IMG/VR virus record: IMGVR_UViG_3300032893_000059
Coordinates: 1 to 55,581 of that record
Reading direction: 5' to 3' (one strand)
Source: a virus
Taxonomy: Duplodnaviria > Caudoviricetes
Length of the DNA stretch: 55,581 bases
Position 1 is the stretch's first letter; each line of letters begins with the position of its first letter. This document shows positions 53,123-55,581 of the stretch, piece by piece. The notes beneath the pieces are model-generated. The model saw only the letters and a program-made list of their open reading frames with translations. It did not search any database and was not told the DNA's origin. A program made the translations under genes and the position numbers.

Positions 53123-53655
53123 GCCACCTTCCTCCGCAGGTCGGGCCCACCCGCAACAAAGAAGGCACCGTCCTCGTTCAGTCTGCTGGCAATGCGCTCC
53201 TTGTAGCGTTCGGCGAATAGTGCGGGGTCGGTGATGTTGGTAGTGATGAGCGTCCGCCGCATCTTCGCGAACCTCCGACTCAGCACCTCGTCGAGGGTGC
53301 AAAGGTAGCGCCCTTTTTCGTCCAGGTACTCCAGACCCAGATCGTCGATGACCAGGCCGTAGGCCGAACACAAGGCCTCGAAGGACTCCTGGTCGTAGGC
53401 GAAGCCGCGGGCGAGGTCACCTGACTGCACCCAGCGCATGCACTCTGTCTTTCCCTTGCACGCGGCAACAAGCCAGAGCATGGCCGCCACGCTCTTGCCG
53501 ACCCCCGGGCGCCCTCCGATGACGAGCAACCCCTTCCAGTCCCGCGATACCCGCTCGGTCGCGTCGGTGGCTGTGGCGTTGATGGAGGCCCTCACGGTGC
53601 GCTCGGGAACGCCTCGGCGCATGAGGGCTGGCAGCATTGCGAGTTCTAGTTTCAT
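53119..53655 (-). CDS. DnaC/IstB-like helicase loader
   Basis: GRPGVGKS, LVIDDLG, ITTN and RIASRL motifs. Confidence 0.88.
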   Translation of the reverse strand: MKLELAMLPALMRRGVPERTVRASINATATDATERVSRDWKGLLVIGGRPGVGKSVAAMLWLVAACKGKTECMRWVQSGDLARGFAYDQESFEALCSAYGLVIDDLGLEYLDEKGRYLCTLDEVLSRRFAKMRRTLITTNITDPALFAERYKERIASRLNEDGAFFVAGGPDLRRKVA

Positions 53656-54506
53656 GGGACCTGTAGCTCTCCCGTTCTGGTCGGCTCGTCCGAGGTAGCG
53701 GCAAAGTGTCCGCGCGCCGGATCTCGAATCCAGGCGCTCGGAACAGTCGGCGACGAACCGCCGTGGTCCTGACAGCGAGACATCCAACTCACCAGGAATC
53801 TGGCCATCCCCCGTGCGGTCTTGCGCTTCGTTGGATTGGCGTTGATCCAGGCCAGGGCTTTGCGCGCCTCACCGAGAACATCAACGGCAGGGTAGGCGGT
53901 CTCCCACTCCGATCGATTGGCTTCCGTCATGTCCCAGACTTCGGGTGATCCGGAGCAGGGGAACGAAACCAGCGCGGTAGCTGCGACAGCAGGCTCCGCG
54001 CAAGCCTTCTCTTCCTCCCCTTTACTTGTCTTGTCTTGACTGGACTGGTCTTGTCTTGTCTGGTCTGGTCTGGAGGGTATCGTACCGGCTTCGCCGTCGC
54101 CGCGTGCCGGTACGGTGGCAGTACGATGCTGCTTCTTTTCCTCCTCGTGCTTCGCCTTCGCTTCTGCCCTACGCTGCCTATTTTCCTTAGCTTTCTTGTC
54201 CATCTTCTTGATGGCGGCTCCCGTGTAATCCATCCAGTCGTGGATTTCCGCCTCGCCATCCTCTGCGCGTTCGATGAATCCAGAGCCAATGAGCGCTTCG
54301 GCGCATTTGCCGTCCATCGGGGTGTACCGCACAGCTTTCTCGATCGCCCACGCTGTGATCTTTCCAAGCTTGCCGGTCTTCGCGGATCTCACCGCCCACT
54401 TCCAGAGACGTGGCGGGTACGTGTCGGCTCTCTCGTCTTGCAGGCGTGCGCACAGATCAAGGGTCTTCGGATGCTCCCAGTAGCCCTCGTCAATCTCGAT
54501 GTACAT
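53652..54506 (-). CDS. Replication initiator/replisome organiser
   Basis: IDE..WEHPK N-terminus; IHDW..Y; C-terminal AYPAVDV...AW..ANP.KRKT..G..RFL..W; upstream of the loader gene. Confidence 0.8.
   Translation of the reverse strand: MYIEIDEGYWEHPKTLDLCARLQDERADTYPPRLWKWAVRSAKTGKLGKITAWAIEKAVRYTPMDGKCAEALIGSGFIERAEDGEAEIHDWMDYTGAAIKKMDKKAKENRQRRAEAKAKHEEEKKQHRTATVPARGDGEAGTIPSRPDQTRQDQSSQDKTSKGEEEKACAEPAVAATALVSFPCSGSPEVWDMTEANRSEWETAYPAVDVLGEARKALAWINANPTKRKTARGMARFLVSWMSRCQDHGGSSPTVPSAWIRDPARGHFAATSDEPTRTGELQVP
54025..54074. repeat. Ten tandem 5-bp units (CTKGW) within the initiator gene
   Basis: cttgt cttgt cttga ctgga ctggt cttgt cttgt ctggt ctggt ctgga. Confidence 0.85.
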
Positions 54507-54723
54507 CTGGGCTCCGCTGTTCCTGTTGCCTGGCCCGCTTGTCTACCCTGGCCGCCTGCGATGCCTTGAGCCGCTCCCACTCCTCGGCAGCTTGCTCCCG
54601 CTCGTTGTACGTCGTGACCTTGCCGGACCCGCCACATAGCGTGCAGCACAGACCGGTGTCTGGATCGCGCCACTTGGGATCGCCCTTGCAGACGCCGACG
54701 CAGGTCATGGTGAGGCCGGACAT
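54490..54723 (-). CDS. Small DnaJ-type Zn-finger protein
   Basis: C...CKG and CTLCGGSG. Confidence 0.6.
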   Translation of the reverse strand: MSGLTMTCVGVCKGDPKWRDPDTGLCCTLCGGSGKVTTYNEREQAAEEWERLKASQAARVDKRARQQEQRSPDVHRD

Positions 54724-54728
54724 GGCAA

Positions 54729-55581
54729 TCAGGTGTGCTGGCCGACCTTCAGCGCGGGGTCTCTGTCGCACTCCTCGGCTGTCCACCATCTACCACTCGG
54801 GTCACGGGCCACCCGCCACTTGCGAGCGCCGGCAGCCGTCCTGAGACCTTCGTGGACTGGCTCCAGGTAGTACGGCTGCGATCCGTCTTGCAGCATCGGG
54901 CTTTGCATGCGCAGGTACTGCGAGCGGTCAGAACACCTGATCAGCTCGTACTCCAAGCCGTCGATGGCCGCCTTGTCCACCGGCGAGGATCCGAGCATCT
55001 TCAGAACGCGGTCCCAGCCGAGGTGTTCGCCAAGAGCGCGCCGCTGTTCCGCCGGCAACGCCTTGTATTCATCGCCGGTGTAGGACTCAGGCTGCTCAAT
55101 CAGGCGCCTCGGAACCCTGACACCGTGCCAGTAGAACATACAGGACCCGTCGCTCCACCCGATAGCCGGGCCATCAGCGGAGTGGAGGCGGTTACGCGGG
55201 TCGTTGTGCAACACAGAGCAGCGGTCCGAGACGATGCAGAAGTCGCGGTACATGACCCTCGGGCCCGAGGCAAAGGCTGCAGTCTCAATCTGCGGATAGG
55301 TGCGCCAGTTGATGTCGAGCTTCGCCACGTGGAGGTAGAACCCGCACTTGACGATCCGCCACGTGCGCAGGTTCCCGGCGTGCCAGCGCCGCCACCAATA
55401 CCGCCTGTACGACCGAACGAAGTAGTACGTGCAAGCACCGACGACATCTCGATGGTCGGCAGCGTCATCGGCAGCGGCATCGGCAGCGTCAGCGGCAGCG
55501 TCAGCGGCATCGGCAGCGGCAGCGGCATCGGCAGCGGCATCGTCAGCGGCATCGTCAGCGGCATCGGCAGCGTCATCGGCA
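54729..55581 (-). CDS. C-terminal part of the DUF6745-like protein
   Basis: CIVSDR...RLHSADGPAI.WSDG...YWHGVRVP; frame open to the window end through the Ala/Asp repeat. Confidence 0.8.
   Translation of the reverse strand, partial: ADDAADAADDAADDAAADAAAAADAADAAADAADAAADDAADHRDVVGACTYYFVRSYRRYWWRRWHAGNLRTWRIVKCGFYLHVAKLDINWRTYPQIETAAFASGPRVMYRDFCIVSDRCSVLHNDPRNRLHSADGPAIGWSDGSCMFYWHGVRVPRRLIEQPESYTGDEYKALPAEQRRALGEHLGWDRVLKMLGSSPVDKAAIDGLEYELIRCSDRSQYLRMQSPMLQDGSQPYYLEPVHEGLRTAAGARKWRVARDPSGRWWTAEECDRDPALKVGQHT

Noticed and set aside
55100-55576. 158-aa MTLPMPL repeat ORF
   Set aside because: It is an alternate frame of the Ala/Asp repeat; the DUF6745 frame is the one continuous with the conserved domain

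Overview
The window looks like an essentially complete, probably circular, GC-rich temperate phage genome of about 55.5 kb with a contractile tail. One Ala/Asp-repeat (DUF6745-like) gene runs off position 1 and resumes at 55581, so the assembly was probably cut inside that repeat. Almost all genes are on the minus strand. The modules are: replication and accessory genes (initiator, DnaC-like loader, SLT, two Dam-type methylases, RuvC-like resolvase, BCS1-like ATPase, tRNA-CAT); packaging and Mu-like head genes (TerS, TerL, portal, MuF, protease, gpT capsid); tail and baseplate with an embedded lysis-like cassette; recombination (ERF, SSB, SMC-like ATPase); and control (XRE, tyrosine recombinase, sigma-70-like factor). 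The most notable observations are: (1) four co-oriented copies of a 38-bp bipartite element, GATCTGAAAA-N9-CCGCCCAAGTACYTGGRTG, at module boundaries; (2) a 55-nt tRNA-like RNA with alanine identity elements and no anticodon arm; (3) a Zn-dependent phospholipase C/S1-P1-like gene beside the lysozyme and membrane proteins; (4) MuF fused to a JAB/MPN-like domain and followed by a small acidic ORF; (5) a Dam methylase frameshifted at a G10 tract; (6) a recombinase and a Cas4-like protein with degenerate active sites. All family assignments come from motif recognition by eye; no database search was run.
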